Source: Eledone cirrhosa
Taxonomy: Eukaryota
DNA: 64,000 nt
Direction: 5' to 3'
Assembly: GCA_964016885.1 (NCBI GenBank)
Contig: OZ024753.1
Coordinates: forward strand, 42,222,001-42,286,000
Made by a program: the position numbers and the translations under genes. Below, in pieces: positions 63,466 to 64,000 of this stretch. The notes under the pieces were generated by a model. The model saw nothing but the letters and a program-made list of their open reading frames with translations. It made no database searches and was not told where the DNA came from. Position 1 is the stretch's first letter. Every line of letters starts with the position of its first letter.

Positions 63466-63813
63466 GAAATTATTGTGTACAGTGCTCAGGTGCACTACAA
63501 CTCATCAAAGGTGTATGTATGGTACATAGAATAATGTACAAATGTCAGGAAAATGAATAGTGTATGAGTCATGATATAATAATAATAATAATAATGAAAT
63601 ATTGTGTACAGTGCCCAAGTGCACCACAACTCATCAAAAAGTGCATGTACAGTACATAGGGCAATGCACAAACATCATATATATATATATATACATACAT
63701 GTGTGTGTTCCCTCATATTTATATTACATATTTGCACTTTATAATCTATATTCTATTTACCCATGCATTCACATAAACTATAGATGGACACATCCCTACT
63801 TATTACAATTAGT

Positions 63814-63880
<67 letters not shown>

Positions 63881-63889
63881 GAGATAGAG

Positions 63890-63936
<47 letters not shown>

Positions 63937-64000
63937 AAGACCATTAGTAATCTGGTAAAAGTCAACCATTGAACCAACTGTGAAAGGAAGGAGCTGATAC

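Overview
AT-rich, microsatellite- and SINE/MITE-dense animal genomic DNA. The repeat families look like an octopod cephalopod (Octopus-like; inferred, not proven). Three spliced protein-coding genes can be built by hand with consistent GT-AG phases. (1) + strand 744-35144: 16 exons of an AF10/MLLT10 (Alhambra/ZFP-1) orthologue with the PZP domain and OM-LZ; its 5' exons lie upstream of the window. (2) + strand 49252-51788: a 3-exon, 320-aa protein joining an N-terminal Cys/His finger resembling DIRS-retrotransposon Gag to a C-terminal zinc ribbon resembling Mutator-like transposase proteins; candidate domesticated or chimeric gene. (3) - strand 62684-58686: the last 4 exons, including an 18-nt microexon, of an unknown protein with an AKAP7-like PKA-anchoring helix. 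The most striking non-coding feature is a near-perfect 407-bp palindrome (48144-48550) whose arms each carry a minimal type I hammerhead ribozyme motif of the Penelope-like-element type. The AF10 octapeptide is encoded as EQLLEHQW rather than EQLLERQW, with a CAC codon that one A-to-I edit would recode to Arg. Nearly all long ORFs in the supplied track are microsatellite artefacts. Family assignments come from motif recall, not database searches; repeat boundaries are approximate.
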